Source: Vicinamibacteria bacterium (GTDB taxonomy: Bacteria > Acidobacteriota > Vicinamibacteria > Fen-336). Taken from it: 64,000 nucleotides of DNA. The position numbers and the translations under genes were made by a program. Under the pieces are notes generated by a model, which made no database searches, was not told where the DNA came from, and saw only the letters and a list, made by a program, of their open reading frames with translations. This document shows, piece by piece, positions 34,553 through 45,457 of this stretch; position 1 is the stretch's first letter; each line of letters opens with the position of its first letter. The DNA is taken from NCBI GenBank assembly GCA_025994075.1, contig JAMQGV010000048.1, forward strand, positions 1-64,000. Reading direction: 5' to 3'.

Positions 34553-36235
34553 TCAGAGGTCGTCGTAGCGCGGACCGCCGCCGCCTTCCGGCGTCACCCA
34601 CGTGATGATCTGGTACGGGTCCATCACGTCGCAGGTCTTGCAGTGCACGCAGTTCGAGAAGTTGATCTGCAGCCGCTCCTGCTTCGGGTCGTCGCCCTTG
34701 GGCACCATCTCGTAGACCGCAGCCGGACAGAACCGCTCGCAGGGGTTGCCGAACTCCTCCTTGCACCGCGTCTCGCAGATGTTCGGGTCCGCGACGTGCA
34801 GGTGGGCCGGCTGGTCTTCGTCGTGCTTGGTGCCCGAGTTGTAGACGTCGGTCAGCCGGTCGAAGGTCAGCTTGCCGTCGGCCTTCGGGCGCTCGAACGA
34901 GTCCTTGCCCAGGCCGCCGCCCCAGTACCGGGCCAGCGTCTGCATCTCCGCGTAGCCGGCGGAGGGCTCGAGCGGGTCCTCGAGGCCGTGGCCGCCGGTG
35001 ATCTCCTGCAGCCCGAGCTGCGGCAGCGCGAACCACAGGCCGTTCTTGAAGGCGGCGTGGAAGTTGCGGGTCTTCCACAGCTCGTCCTTCACGTAGGAGC
35101 TGCGCACGCGGTCGTCGAACGCCTTCAGCTTCGCCGCCGACGTGTCGTCCGCCAGGAGCGCCTCGAGCGCGGTCTCGGCGGCCTGCATCCCGGTCTTGAG
35201 CGCGAGGTGCACGCCCTTGAGCCGTGCCGGGTTCAGGTAGCCGGCGGCCTCGCCGATCAGCATCACCCCGTCGGCGTACGGCCGCGGGATCGAGTACCAG
35301 CCGCCTTCGCCGATCGTGCGCGCGCCGTAGCGCACCATCGTGCCCTTCTCCAGCAGCGGCTTCACCAGCGGGTGCTGCTTCATGCGCTGGAACAGGCCGT
35401 GCGGGTCGAGCAGCGGGTCCTTGTAGTCGAGGCCGACGACGAGGCCGATCGAGACCAGGGTGTCGGTGAAGCCGTAGATGAAGCCGCCGCCGAAGGTGTC
35501 CTCCTCCAGCGGGAAGCCCGCGGTGTGGATCACCTCGCCGCGCGGCAGCGTGCCCTTCGGCACCTCCCACAGCTCCTTGATGCCGATCGAGTACACCTGC
35601 GGGTGGCGGCCCTTGTCGAGGCCGAGCCGCGGCACGAGCGACTTGGTCAGGCTGCCGCGGGCGCCCTCGGCGAGGATCGTGATCTTCGCCCGCAGGTCGA
35701 CGCCGGCCTCGAAGTTGCCCTTCTTGTTGCCGTGCTTGTCGATGCCCTTGTCGCCCGTGCGCACGCCGACGACGCGGTCGCCCTCGTAGAGCACCTCGGC
35801 GCCCGGGAAACCGGCCAGCAGGTCGATGCCGCGCTTCTCCGCCTCGCCGGCCAGCCACTTGACGAGCTGGTTGAGGCTGATGATGCGGTTGCCGTGGTTC
35901 TGCAGCGGCGGCGGCACGATCGGCAGCCGGAACGAGCGGTTCTCGGTCAGGAAGTAGACGCGGTCGCCCGTGACCCGGGTCGACACCGGCGCGTTCTTCG
36001 CGTCGAAGTCGGGGCAGAGCTCCTGCAGCGAGACCGGGTCGAGCACGGCGCCCGACAGGTTGTGGGCGCCGAACTCGGCGGCCTTCTCGACGACCATCAC
36101 GGAGGCCTCGAGCTTCGAGCCGGCCTTCGCGTTGTGGGCGTCGAGCAGGTCCTTGAAGCGGATCGCGGCGGCGAGCCCGGCGGGCCCGCCACCGACGACC
36201 AGGACGTCCGTCTCGAGAACGTCGCGCTCGGCCAT
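34553..36235 (-). CDS. electron-transfer flavoprotein:ubiquinone oxidoreductase (ETF-QO)
   Basis: FAD motif VLVVGGGPAGLAAA and C-terminal 4Fe-4S cysteines CVHCKTCD are present. Confidence 0.9.
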   Translation of the reverse strand: MAERDVLETDVLVVGGGPAGLAAAIRFKDLLDAHNAKAGSKLEASVMVVEKAAEFGAHNLSGAVLDPVSLQELCPDFDAKNAPVSTRVTGDRVYFLTENRSFRLPIVPPPLQNHGNRIISLNQLVKWLAGEAEKRGIDLLAGFPGAEVLYEGDRVVGVRTGDKGIDKHGNKKGNFEAGVDLRAKITILAEGARGSLTKSLVPRLGLDKGRHPQVYSIGIKELWEVPKGTLPRGEVIHTAGFPLEEDTFGGGFIYGFTDTLVSIGLVVGLDYKDPLLDPHGLFQRMKQHPLVKPLLEKGTMVRYGARTIGEGGWYSIPRPYADGVMLIGEAAGYLNPARLKGVHLALKTGMQAAETALEALLADDTSAAKLKAFDDRVRSSYVKDELWKTRNFHAAFKNGLWFALPQLGLQEITGGHGLEDPLEPSAGYAEMQTLARYWGGGLGKDSFERPKADGKLTFDRLTDVYNSGTKHDEDQPAHLHVADPNICETRCKEEFGNPCERFCPAAVYEMVPKGDDPKQERLQINFSNCVHCKTCDVMDPYQIITWVTPEGGGGPRYDDL

Positions 36236-36239
36236 CGGC

Positions 36240-37223
36240 CTAGCCCTTGGCGGCGAAGTACGCCTTCGCGGCCTCGGTCAGCTTCGGCATCACCTCGAAC
36301 GCGTCGCCGAGGATGCCGTAGTTGGCGACCTTGAAGATCGGCGCGTCGCCGTCCTTGTTGATCGCCACGATGATGCGCGAGGACGACATGCCGGCCAGGT
36401 GCTGGATCGCGCCGCTGATGCCGCAGGCGATGTAGAGGTTCGGCGAGACGGTCTTGCCCGTCTGCCCCACCTGGATGTGGTGGTCGACCCAGCCGGCGTC
36501 GACGATCGCGCGCGACGCGCCGACCGCCGCGCCGAAGGCCGCCGCCAGGTCTTCCACGAGGTGGAAGTGTTCGGGCCCCTTCATGCCGCGGCCGCCGGAG
36601 ACGATCGTCTGAGCCTCCGTCAGCTCCAGCTTGCCGCCGGCCGCCGCGTTGACCGCGGTGACCTTCGCCCGCGAAGCGGCGTCGACCGTGCGCGCGACGG
36701 TCTTCGCGGCGCGGGAGGTGTCCGGCGTCGCGAGCGAGAACACGTTCGCCCGCAGCGTCGCCATCTGGGGTTCGCCGCTCCAGCGCACGGTCGCGAATGC
36801 CTTGCCGGAGTAGACCGCGCGGCGGGCCTCCAGCTTGCCGTCCTTGACGGCCAGCGCGGAGCAGTCGGAGACGAGGCCGGCGCCCGTGGCGGCCGCCACC
36901 CGCGGCGCCAGGTCCTTGCCCATCGCCGTGAACGGGATCAGCACGGCCGCCGGCTTCACCTCGCCGATCACCTGGCCGAGCGCGCGGGCCCACACCTCGG
37001 TCGCGTAGTGGGCGAGCTCGGCGGCGTCGAAGACGTGGACGACGTCGGCCCCGTAGTGGCCCAGCTCGGCGGCGAGGGCGCCGCTGCCGGCGCCGATCAC
37101 GACCGCCTCGACCTGCGCCCCGCCCATCGCGTCGGCGACGCGGCGGGCCTCCGAGACGGCCTCCAGCGACGGCCGCCGGAGCTTGCCGTCGCGCTGTTCG
37201 GCAAACGTGACGATGGACTTCAT
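36240..37223 (-). CDS. etfA: electron transfer flavoprotein alpha subunit
   Basis: EtfA FAD-binding region ...[16 protein letters not shown] is present. The start overlaps etfB. Confidence 0.9.
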   Translation of the reverse strand: MKSIVTFAEQRDGKLRRPSLEAVSEARRVADAMGGAQVEAVVIGAGSGALAAELGHYGADVVHVFDAAELAHYATEVWARALGQVIGEVKPAAVLIPFTAMGKDLAPRVAAATGAGLVSDCSALAVKDGKLEARRAVYSGKAFATVRWSGEPQMATLRANVFSLATPDTSRAAKTVARTVDAASRAKVTAVNAAAGGKLELTEAQTIVSGGRGMKGPEHFHLVEDLAAAFGAAVGASRAIVDAGWVDHHIQVGQTGKTVSPNLYIACGISGAIQHLAGMSSSRIIVAINKDGDAPIFKVANYGILGDAFEVMPKLTEAAKAYFAAKG

Positions 37224-38002
37224 CAGATCACCTTCGCTTCTTCGTGGAGCAGCCGGAGCAGCTCGCGGGCCTGGGTCTCGGGGTCGCCGTCGATCATGCG
37301 CACGGCCGGCCGGGCCGGCGGCAGCTCGAGCGACGCGACGGTGGTGAGCGGCGCGAGGTCGGCGGCCGCGAGGCCGAGGGCCGCCGCGTCCTTGACGTCG
37401 ATCGCCTTCTTCTTCGCGGCCATGATGCCCTTGAGGCTCGCGTAGCGGGGCTCGTTGAGCCCCTTCTGGGCCGAGATCACCGCCGGCAACGCGGTCTCCC
37501 ACACTTCGCTGGCGCCCTCGATCTCGCGGGTGACGGTCGCCTTGCCTTCACCCAGCTCGATCTTGATCGCCATCGTCACCTGCGGCAGGTCGAGCAGCCC
37601 CGCGAGCAGCCCGGGCACCTGGCTGTGATCGCCGCCGACGCCCTGCTGCCCGGTGAGCACCAGGTCGGCGCCGCCGATCCCCTTGATCGCCGCCGCCAGC
37701 GCCTTCGCCACGCCCATCGTGTCGGCGGCGTCGAACGCCGCGTCCTTCAGGTGGACGGCCGAGTCGGCGCCCATCGCCAGGCCGTTGCGCAACGCGGTCT
37801 GGGCGCGGTCGGGGCCGAGCGAGACGAGCACCACCTCGCCGCCCTTCGCCTCCTTGATGCGGAGCGCCTCCTCGATCGCGAACTCGTCGTACGGCGAGAC
37901 GACCCAGTTCACGTCCTGGTCCACGATGCCGTTGCCCTCCGGGTTGATCCGGATGCGGGTCTCGGTGTCGGGGACCTGCTTCACGCAGACGATGATCTTC
38001 AT
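37223..38002 (-). CDS. etfB: electron transfer flavoprotein beta subunit
   Basis: The product begins MKIIVCVKQVPDTE. Confidence 0.9.
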   Translation of the reverse strand: MKIIVCVKQVPDTETRIRINPEGNGIVDQDVNWVVSPYDEFAIEEALRIKEAKGGEVVLVSLGPDRAQTALRNGLAMGADSAVHLKDAAFDAADTMGVAKALAAAIKGIGGADLVLTGQQGVGGDHSQVPGLLAGLLDLPQVTMAIKIELGEGKATVTREIEGASEVWETALPAVISAQKGLNEPRYASLKGIMAAKKKAIDVKDAAALGLAAADLAPLTTVASLELPPARPAVRMIDGDPETQARELLRLLHEEAKVI

Positions 38003-38047
38003 CGGTCCCTCAATTCAGTCGGGGAATGAAACGAGCGAATGCCGTTG

Positions 38048-39292
38048 CTACTGATGACGGCGGAACAGCAGGGCCGCATTGGTGCCCCCGAACCCGAAGG
38101 AGTTCGAAAGAGCGTAGGTGAGCGCCGCCTCGCGCGCGACGTTCGGCACGCAGTCGATGTCGCAGGCGGGGTCGGGATTCTCCAGGTTGATCGTCGGCGG
38201 CAGGACCTGGTCGCGCAGGGCCAGGACCGTGACCGCCGCCTCCACTCCGCCGGCCGCCCCGAGCAGGTGGCCGGTCATGGACTTGGTCGAGGATACCGCG
38301 ACCTTCCCGACCGCGTCGCCCCACACCGCCTTCACCGCGGTGATCTCGATCGGGTCGCCAGCGGGCGTCGAGGTGCCGTGGGCGTTGACGTAGCCGACCT
38401 CGGCCGGCGCCACGCCGGCGTCGCGCAGGGTGGCGACCATCACCCGGCGGATGCCGTCGCCGTCTTCGGCCGGGGCCGAGATGTGGAACGCGTCGGAGGA
38501 CATGCCGTAGCCGACGATCTCGGCCTGGATGCGGGCGCCGCGCGCCTGCGCGTGCTCGAGCGCCTCCAGCACCAGCACGCCCGCGCCTTCGCCGATCACG
38601 AAGCCGTCGCGGTCCCTGTCGAAGGGGCGCGAGGCCTTGTCCGGCGCGTCGTTGCGCTGCGAGAGCGCGCGCATCGCCGCGAAGCCGCCCACCGCGAGCG
38701 GCGTGATCGCGGCCTCGGAACCGCCACAGATCATCGCGTCGGCCTCCCCGCGCTGCAGGATGCGGAAGGCGTCGCCGATCGCGTGGGCACCGGTGGCGCA
38801 GGCCGTGACGACGGCCGAGTTGGGGCCCTTGGCGCCGGTGCGGATCGAGACCCAGCCCGAGGCCAGGTTGATGATCGCGGCGGGGATGAAGAACGGGCTG
38901 ATCCGGCGCGGGCCGCTCTTCATCAGCGTCTCGTGCTCGCGCTCGATCGTCGCGAAGCCGCCGATCCCGGAGCCGATCAGGACCCCGACCCGCTCGGCGT
39001 TGCCGGCGTCGATCACGAGCCCGGAGTCCTTCAGCGCGAAGTCGCTGGCCGCCACCGCGAACTGGGTGAAGCGGTCCATCTTCTTCACGTCCTTCTTGTC
39101 GACGTGGGCCAGCGGGTCGAAGCCCTTGACCTCGCAGGCGAACCGCGTCGAGTGCGCGGAGGCGTCGAACAGCGTGATGGGCCCGGCGCCGGAACGGCCC
39201 GCCTTCAGCCCCTCCCACGTCGCCTCGGTGCCGATCCCCACCGGGGACAGCACTCCCACCCCCGTCACCACGACGCGCCGCTTCTGGCTCAC
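38048..39292 (-). CDS. fabF: beta-ketoacyl-ACP synthase II
   Basis: The Cys-His-His active site context is present, with the N-terminus [13 protein letters not shown]. Confidence 0.95.
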   Translation of the reverse strand: MSQKRRVVVTGVGVLSPVGIGTEATWEGLKAGRSGAGPITLFDASAHSTRFACEVKGFDPLAHVDKKDVKKMDRFTQFAVAASDFALKDSGLVIDAGNAERVGVLIGSGIGGFATIEREHETLMKSGPRRISPFFIPAAIINLASGWVSIRTGAKGPNSAVVTACATGAHAIGDAFRILQRGEADAMICGGSEAAITPLAVGGFAAMRALSQRNDAPDKASRPFDRDRDGFVIGEGAGVLVLEALEHAQARGARIQAEIVGYGMSSDAFHISAPAEDGDGIRRVMVATLRDAGVAPAEVGYVNAHGTSTPAGDPIEITAVKAVWGDAVGKVAVSSTKSMTGHLLGAAGGVEAAVTVLALRDQVLPPTINLENPDPACDIDCVPNVAREAALTYALSNSFGFGGTNAALLFRRHQ

Positions 39293-39304
39293 TCGCTAGC
39301 TCCT

Positions 39305-39342
39305 GTAAGAAAGGGCCCCCGGGCGGCCTCGCCGCCCGGGGC
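39305..39342 (-). terminator. GC-rich hairpin between acpP and fabF (possible attenuator/terminator; weak U-tract)
   Basis: The stem gcccccgggcggc/gccgcccggggc has a 3-nt loop. On the minus strand it is followed by CCCTTTCTTAC. Confidence 0.4.
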
Positions 39343-39388
39343 GTCCTGGTCCGCAGCGAGCGCCCCGGGGGGAGAATCGCCGGACGGA

Positions 39389-39631
39389 CTACTTCTTGGC
39401 GGCGTGCTTCTCGATGTAGTCGACCGCCTCGCGGACGCGGGTGATCTTCTCGGCGTCCTCGTCCGGGATCTCGACGCCGAACTCCTCCTCCAGCGCCATC
39501 ACCAGCTCGACGGTGTCGAGGCTGTCTGCGCCGAGGTCGTCGACGAAGGAGGCGTCCGGGTTGACGAGGTCCTCCTCGACCCCCAGCTGCTCCACGATGA
39601 TCTTCTTCACGCGATCGGCAACAGGCTCCAT
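39389..39631 (-). CDS. acpP: acyl carrier protein
   Basis: The DSLD phosphopantetheine site is present ([19 protein letters not shown]). Confidence 0.9.
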   Translation of the reverse strand: MEPVADRVKKIIVEQLGVEEDLVNPDASFVDDLGADSLDTVELVMALEEEFGVEIPDEDAEKITRVREAVDYIEKHAAKK

Positions 39632-39727
39632 GCGGTCCTCCGGGGAAGGGCCTCGCAGGCACTCCCCTCTCCTCCTCTGGTCGCGACGTCGTTGAGATCC
39701 GCCCGGCACGGGGCCGGGCGCGCCATT

Positions 39728-40471
39728 CTACATGTGGAATCCGCCGTCGACGCCGAGCACCTGGCCCGTCACGTACGACGCCGATTCCGAGAGCAGGAAC
39801 ACGACCGCCCCCGCCACGTCTTCACCGCGGCCGGCCCGGGCCAGCGGGATCGCCGAGAGCATCGCCTCGCGGGCCTTGTCGGTCATCGCGGCCGTCATCT
39901 CGGTCTCGATGTAGCCGGGGGTCACCGCGTTGCAGGTGATGCCCCGCGAGGCCACCTCGCGGGCGACGCTCTTGGTGAACCCGATCAGTCCCGCCTTGCT
40001 GGCGGCGTAGTTCGCCTGGCCGGGGTTGCCGGTGACGCCGACGACCGAGGCGATGTTGACGATGCGGCCGGCGCGCTGCTTCAGCATCGGCTTGAGCGCG
40101 GCCTGCGTGCACAGGAAGGCGCCGCCGAGGTTGGTCTTCAGCGGGGCTTCCCAGTCGTCGTCCTTCATCCGCAGCAGCAGCGTGTCGCGGGTGACGCCCG
40201 CGTTGTTGACGAGGCCGTCGATCCGGCCGTGGGCCTCCAGCAGCTTCGCGAACGCGGTCTCCACCGAGCCCCGGCTGGCCACGTCGATGGCCAGCGCAGA
40301 GGCTCGCCCTCCCGCCGCCTCGATCAGGGCGCAGGTCTCGGCCAGCTTCGCCTCGTCCCGGGCCGCGACCACGGCCACAGCACCCTCGGCGGCCACCGCC
40401 TGCGCGATGGCGCGGCCGATCCCCCGCGAGGCTCCCGTCACCAGCACGACCTTGTCCTTCAACGAGCCCAT
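39728..40471 (-). CDS. fabG: 3-oxoacyl-ACP reductase
   Basis: SDR motifs are present (TGASRGIG, NNAG, YAASK). Confidence 0.9.
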   Translation of the reverse strand: MGSLKDKVVLVTGASRGIGRAIAQAVAAEGAVAVVAARDEAKLAETCALIEAAGGRASALAIDVASRGSVETAFAKLLEAHGRIDGLVNNAGVTRDTLLLRMKDDDWEAPLKTNLGGAFLCTQAALKPMLKQRAGRIVNIASVVGVTGNPGQANYAASKAGLIGFTKSVAREVASRGITCNAVTPGYIETEMTAAMTDKAREAMLSAIPLARAGRGEDVAGAVVFLLSESASYVTGQVLGVDGGFHM

Positions 40472-41412
40472 CAGGCCGCCCCCCCGAGCGCCGCCGCCGC
40501 GGCTTCCAGGCCCTTCGGGTCCTCGACGTTCAGGACCCGGGCCGACTTCAGCGTCTTCTTGACGAGGCCCGCCAGCACGTTGCCGGGGCCGATCTCGACG
40601 AAGGTGTCGACGCCCGCTGCCGCCAGCCGCTCGAGCGATTCCTGCCAGCGCACCGCACCCGAGACCTGGCGCACCAGCCCGTCGCGGCAGGCGGCCGCGT
40701 CGCGGGCCGGCGCCGCGTCGACGTTGTTCATCAGCGGCACGCGCGGGTCGGCGAACGCGAGCGCCGCGAGGTCCGTGGCCAGGCGGTCCTGGGCGGGCTG
40801 CATCAGCGCGCAGTGGAAGGGCGCGGACACCGGCAGGCGCACCGCCCGCTTCGCGCCTTTCGCCTTGCACGCCTCGGCCGCGCGATCGACCGCCGAAGCG
40901 TGTCCCGCGATCACCACCTGCCCGGGGCAATTGAGGTTGGCGGGCGCCACGACCTCGCCCTGGGCCGCCTCGCGGCAGGCCTCCTCGATCGCCGCCGCGT
41001 CGAGCATCAGGATCGCGGCCATGCCGCCGACGCCGACCGGCACCGCATCCTGCATGTACTGGCCGCGACGGCGCACGGTGCGCACGGCGTCCGCGAAGGA
41101 CAGGCAGCCGGCGGCGACCAGCGCCGAGTACTCGCCGAGCGAGTGCCCGGCGACCCACGCCGGTGCGGCGACGCCGCGCGACTCGAGCGCCCGCAGCGCG
41201 GCGATGCTCGCGGTCAGGATCGCGGGCTGGGTGTTGGCCGTGAGCTGCAGGTCGGCCTCGGGGCCCTCGAAGCACAGCCGCGACAGCGGCTCGCCGAGCG
41301 CACTGTCGGCCGCCGCGAACACGGCCCTGCTCTCGGGAAAGGCCTCGGCCAGCTCGCGGCCCATGCCGACCTTCTGCGAACCCTGGCCCGGAAAGACGAA
41401 AGCGATGCTCAT
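40471..41412 (-). CDS. fabD: malonyl CoA-ACP transacylase
   Basis: The active site GHSLGEYSA is present, after FVFPGQGSQ. Confidence 0.9.
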   Translation of the reverse strand: MSIAFVFPGQGSQKVGMGRELAEAFPESRAVFAAADSALGEPLSRLCFEGPEADLQLTANTQPAILTASIAALRALESRGVAAPAWVAGHSLGEYSALVAAGCLSFADAVRTVRRRGQYMQDAVPVGVGGMAAILMLDAAAIEEACREAAQGEVVAPANLNCPGQVVIAGHASAVDRAAEACKAKGAKRAVRLPVSAPFHCALMQPAQDRLATDLAALAFADPRVPLMNNVDAAPARDAAACRDGLVRQVSGAVRWQESLERLAAAGVDTFVEIGPGNVLAGLVKKTLKSARVLNVEDPKGLEAAAAALGGAA

Positions 41413-42443
41413 GCGCTCTCCGCGGTGGCGGCCGGCGTCTTGCGAGCGCCCAGCGCGCGCAGCCCGCGCTCGATCTGGGCGTTGACGCCGCTCGAGTGGA
41501 AGTGGGCGGCCACCCGCACGCCGTGGTGGATGGCGTAGGCGCTGGAGCTGCCGTGGCCGATCACGCAGGCCCCGCGCACGCCGAGCAGCGGCGCGCCGCC
41601 GTACTCGGCGGGGTCGATCCGCTTCTTGACGTCGCGGAACGCGCCGCGCGCGAGCAACGCGCCGGCCTTGCGGATCGGGGTCCGCATCAGCTCGCCCTTG
41701 ACCAGCTCCATGAGCTGGGCGGCCAGGCTCTCGCTGGCCTTCAGCACGATGTTGCCGACGAAACCGTCCATCACGATCACGTCGAAGCGGCCGTTGAAGA
41801 CGTCGCGCCCCTCCGCGTTGCCGCAGAAGTTGAGCGCCGAGCCCTTGAGCACCTCGTGCACCTCGCGCACGAGCTCGTTGCCCTTGGTCTCCTCCTCGCC
41901 CACGCTCATCACGCCGACGCGGGGCCGCTCGACGCCGAACATCGCCCGCGTGTAGACGTCGCCCATCAGGGCGAACTCCTCGAGGTTGCGCGCCTTGCAC
42001 GAGGCGTTGGCGCCGACGTCGAGGATCACGGTCTGGCCGCAGCGGGACGGCATCACCGCCGCCAGCGCCGGCCGGTCGACTTCTTCGAGGGTGCCGAGCA
42101 CCAGCCGGGCGATGGTCCAGCACGCCGCGGTGTTGCCGGCCGAGAAGAAGGCGTCCGCTTCCCCGGCGCGCACGGCCTCGAGCGCGACCAGGATCGACGA
42201 GCGCTTCTTCAGGGTCGCGCGGGTGACCTTCTCCGCCATGCCCACCTCTTCGGGGGCATGGCGCACCTCGAGCGGCAGCCCGGACCCGCCCGCCGCCGCG
42301 ATTTCGCGGCGGACGGCGTCCTCCGGACCGACGAGCAGCACCCGGAGCCCGTAGGCGCGGGCGGCGTCGACGGCACCGCGGACCGCCACGGCGAGGCCGT
42401 GGTCGCCCCCGAGGGCGTCGACGGCGACGCGAGGGGAGTTCAT
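41409..42443 (-). CDS. plsX: phosphate acyltransferase PlsX
   Basis: PlsX family features are present. Its position between rpmF and fabD fits. Confidence 0.9.
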   Translation of the reverse strand: MNSPRVAVDALGGDHGLAVAVRGAVDAARAYGLRVLLVGPEDAVRREIAAAGGSGLPLEVRHAPEEVGMAEKVTRATLKKRSSILVALEAVRAGEADAFFSAGNTAACWTIARLVLGTLEEVDRPALAAVMPSRCGQTVILDVGANASCKARNLEEFALMGDVYTRAMFGVERPRVGVMSVGEEETKGNELVREVHEVLKGSALNFCGNAEGRDVFNGRFDVIVMDGFVGNIVLKASESLAAQLMELVKGELMRTPIRKAGALLARGAFRDVKKRIDPAEYGGAPLLGVRGACVIGHGSSSAYAIHHGVRVAAHFHSSGVNAQIERGLRALGARKTPAATAESA

Positions 42444-42458
42444 CGCGGCCTGGAGGGC

Positions 42459-42641
42459 TTACGCCTCCTTGGCCTCGACGACCTGCTTGCCCTTGTAGTG
42501 GCCGCAGTGCGGGCACACCCGGTGCGGGAGCTTCGGCTCGTGGCAGTTCGGGCAGTTCGACAGGCCCGGCGCGGTCAGGTGGTCGTGGGCGCGGCGGGTC
42601 GCGGTGCGGGCCTTGGAGTGACGTCGCTTGGGATTCGGCAT
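42459..42641 (-). CDS. rpmF: 50S ribosomal protein L32
   Basis: The product begins [20 protein letters not shown], with a Cys4 zinc ribbon. Confidence 0.9.
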   Translation of the reverse strand: MPNPKRRHSKARTATRRAHDHLTAPGLSNCPNCHEPKLPHRVCPHCGHYKGKQVVEAKEA

Positions 42642-42701
42642 CGGAAACGCTCCTGTTGCAGCGGGCCGCTCCGGCCCGCCGCGGGTTTCTGGTCTCGAAC
42701 T

Positions 42702-43259
42702 CTACTTGGTACCGAGCAGGCCGGCGAGGCCGGACAGCCGCGGGTCGGCCGCAGGCTGGCACCCGCAGTCGACGTGGTTGCGGTTGGCCCCGCACTGCGG
42801 GCACAGTCCGCGGCAGTCCTCGCGGCACAGCGGCTTCATCGGCGTCGACAGCACGATCTGCTCGCGCACCAGCTCGCCGAGGTCGAAGCGCCCGCCGTCG
42901 TAGTAGGCGACGACGAGGTCGTGGTCGGTGAGCTCCACGTCGTCTTCTTCTTCCGCGTCGACGGTCCGGTCCACGATCCGCGGCAGGTAGAAGACGTCGA
43001 GCGGCTGGCCCACCGCGACCTCCGCGCGCTCGAGGCAGCGGCTGCACGCGAGGCCGACGCCGGCGTCGAACCGGCCCTTGACGTGGACCGAGTCCCCCTC
43101 GCCCCGCTCGAGACGACAGGCGAGGCGGGCGCCGGGACGCAGATCGAAGCCCGCGTCTTCCTCCAGGTGGAGCCGCGGGCGGTCGAGTTCCGCGTCGATC
43201 TCGAGCCCCTCGGGCGGGATCTGGGCCAGCTCGATGAGCAGCCGGGTGTCTGCACTCAA
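42702..43259 (-). CDS. YceD/DUF177 family protein (23S rRNA accumulation protein)
   Basis: There is a C-terminal CxxC...CxxC. It sits upstream of rpmF, as in many bacteria. Confidence 0.8.
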   Translation of the reverse strand: MSADTRLLIELAQIPPEGLEIDAELDRPRLHLEEDAGFDLRPGARLACRLERGEGDSVHVKGRFDAGVGLACSRCLERAEVAVGQPLDVFYLPRIVDRTVDAEEEDDVELTDHDLVVAYYDGGRFDLGELVREQIVLSTPMKPLCREDCRGLCPQCGANRNHVDCGCQPAADPRLSGLAGLLGTK

Positions 43260-43293
43260 AACACTTGATGTTGCAGGGTTTTGGCTCCGGGTG

Positions 43294-44226
43294 TCAAGCT
43301 CCGGGCGGGGCTGGAGGCGGCGCGTCCAGCCACGCGCGAGCCGCCGCCAGCAAGGCGTGGGCGTCCGTGAACCACGAAGCGTCCGGCACCTGGTGGCGGA
43401 ACCAGGTCCGCTGCCGCTTGGCGTAGCGCATCGTCGAGGTCGTGATCGCGGCGGCGAGCCCCGCCGCGGGCAACTCCCCCCGGAGGTGGGCGACGACCTC
43501 GCGGTACCCGATCGCGGCCAGCGGTCGCACGTCCCCGTGCCGGCCGAGCAGGGTTCGCACCTCGTCCACCAGGCCCGCCTCCAGCATCGCCGCCGTCCGC
43601 CGCTCGACCCGGGACCGCAGCGCCGCCTGGCCGGGATCCAGGACCAGCACGCGGGTCTCGTGCCCGGGCAGGGGCTCCTCCCCCGCTCCGTGGTGGGCCG
43701 AGAGGGGGCGGCCGGTCAGGTGGAAGACCTCCAGCGCACGCACGACGCGAATGCGGTCGCGGGGCGCGATGCGCCGAGCCGCGTCGGGGTCGACCCGGCG
43801 CAGGTGACGCCACAGGCGGCGATCTCCGAAGCGGGCGGCGATCGCCTCGAGCCGCGCCCGCAGTACGGGGTCGCGCTCCGGCGCCGGGGCCAGGCCGTGC
43901 AGCAGGGCGCGCAGGTACAGCCCCGATCCCCCGGCCACGACGACGCCGCGCCCGCGCCGGGAGGCGTCCGCGATCGCCGCGCGGGCGGCCGCGAGGTAGC
44001 GCGCCGCCGTGAAGTCCTCGCCTGGCACCGCGACGTCGATCAGGTGGTGAGGCACCCGAGCCCGCTCCGCGGGGCTCGGCTTGGCGGAGCCCACGTCGAA
44101 GCCGCGGTAGACCTGCAGCGAGTCGCAGGAGACGAGCTCCGCCCCGCGCTCCTCGCACAGGCGCAGCGCGGCGTCGCTCTTGCCGGCCGCCGTGGGCCCG
44201 GCGACGACGACTAGCCGAGCCGCCAC
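43294..44226 (-). CDS. miaA: tRNA dimethylallyltransferase
   Basis: P-loop GPTAAGKS is present, as is DSLQVYRGFDVGSAKP. Confidence 0.9.
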   Translation of the reverse strand: MAARLVVVAGPTAAGKSDAALRLCEERGAELVSCDSLQVYRGFDVGSAKPSPAERARVPHHLIDVAVPGEDFTAARYLAAARAAIADASRRGRGVVVAGGSGLYLRALLHGLAPAPERDPVLRARLEAIAARFGDRRLWRHLRRVDPDAARRIAPRDRIRVVRALEVFHLTGRPLSAHHGAGEEPLPGHETRVLVLDPGQAALRSRVERRTAAMLEAGLVDEVRTLLGRHGDVRPLAAIGYREVVAHLRGELPAAGLAAAITTSTMRYAKRQRTWFRHQVPDASWFTDAHALLAAARAWLDAPPPAPPGA

Positions 44227-44307
44227 AGGCGCCAGGCGACGAGCAGGAGGATCGCGAGCAGGATCAACGCGCTGCCCCGCAGCCGCGCGCGCACGGCCGG
44301 GTCCACG

Positions 44308-45429
44308 CTACTTCTCGCGGATGGCCTTGATGATGCTGGCCTCGTGGTCCGAGCCCAGCGTGCGCTTGACCGCCAGCAGCTCGGCGTAGAGCAGCTCGTT
44401 GAGGGCGTCCACCAGCAGCATCCGGCGCTGCTCCTCGGGGAAGCGGTCGAGGTTCTGCTCGAGCAGTGCCGTGTCGAGGGTCCCGTCCTTCTGCAGCCTG
44501 ACGCCGGCGAACACGTCGCGCCGGCTCTCGCGGAGCTGGCCCAGGTACTTCTCGAGCACGTTCTCCGCGATCGGGCCCACCTCGCGCACCATGTAGCGGA
44601 AGACGTACGCGTACATGTTGTTGAAGGACTGGACGACGGAGACGACCGTGTCCTCGGGCACGAAGTCGGAGTCGAGCGCGTGCACCTTGCGCCCGCGGCC
44701 CTTGAGCAGGCCGACGCTCTGCAGCGCGTAGAGCACCTTGAGCGTCTCGCTGTCGCCGATCTCGCTCTCGCGGCAGACGTCGACGACTGCCCGCTGCCCG
44801 TCGACCAGTCCCAGCACGTGCCGCTCGTAGGCCTCGAGCCCCGAGTCCGGCTCGCCCGCCACGCGCTCCAGGACGACCGAGGGCTCCGGGAAGCGCTGCG
44901 CCAGCGCCCCGCCCGCGTCGACGCCGCGCACGCCCGACAGCACCAGGTCGCGCACGTCGAGATCCACGGTGATGCGCTCCTTCTCGGGCAGCGTGGAGGT
45001 CTCGAAGTGGAACTGGCCCTCGTCCCACGGGAACAGGCTGTTGACGATCTCGCGGACCTGGAACTGCACTCCCTCCCAGAAGTCCTTCGGCGACAGGGCG
45101 CCCATCTCGACCAGCACGCGGCCCTGGCGCTTGCCCTTGGACAGCGCCTTGATCGACGCCTCGTACTCCTCGACGCTGATCTTGCCCTCGCGAAGCAGGA
45201 TCTCGCCCAGGCGGTCGTTGGGAAGATTGGACGTGGCGAAGACGACGCGCCCGTCCTTGAGGTAGACGGACTTGCGCGCCCCGCCCGCCACTACCGAGAG
45301 GACGCCGGTGGCCCTGGTCTGGCGCAGGTGCTGGAGCAGCTCGGGCAGCGGCAGTTCCGCGAGCGTCCCGCGCAGCCCTCCCTCCACGGCGAACGCCTCG
45401 AGGCGCTTGGGCAGCGGGGCCGTGCTCAT
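44308..45429 (-). CDS. DUF4388 (PatA-N-like) domain-containing protein
   Basis: There are two repeats resembling the DUF4388 module (LPLPELLQHLRQTRATGVL...). Confidence 0.55.
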   Translation of the reverse strand: MSTAPLPKRLEAFAVEGGLRGTLAELPLPELLQHLRQTRATGVLSVVAGGARKSVYLKDGRVVFATSNLPNDRLGEILLREGKISVEEYEASIKALSKGKRQGRVLVEMGALSPKDFWEGVQFQVREIVNSLFPWDEGQFHFETSTLPEKERITVDLDVRDLVLSGVRGVDAGGALAQRFPEPSVVLERVAGEPDSGLEAYERHVLGLVDGQRAVVDVCRESEIGDSETLKVLYALQSVGLLKGRGRKVHALDSDFVPEDTVVSVVQSFNNMYAYVFRYMVREVGPIAENVLEKYLGQLRESRRDVFAGVRLQKDGTLDTALLEQNLDRFPEEQRRMLLVDALNELLYAELLAVKRTLGSDHEASIIKAIREK

Positions 45430-45457
45430 GGCAGCGGCATTGTAGCCGCTTCCCCGT

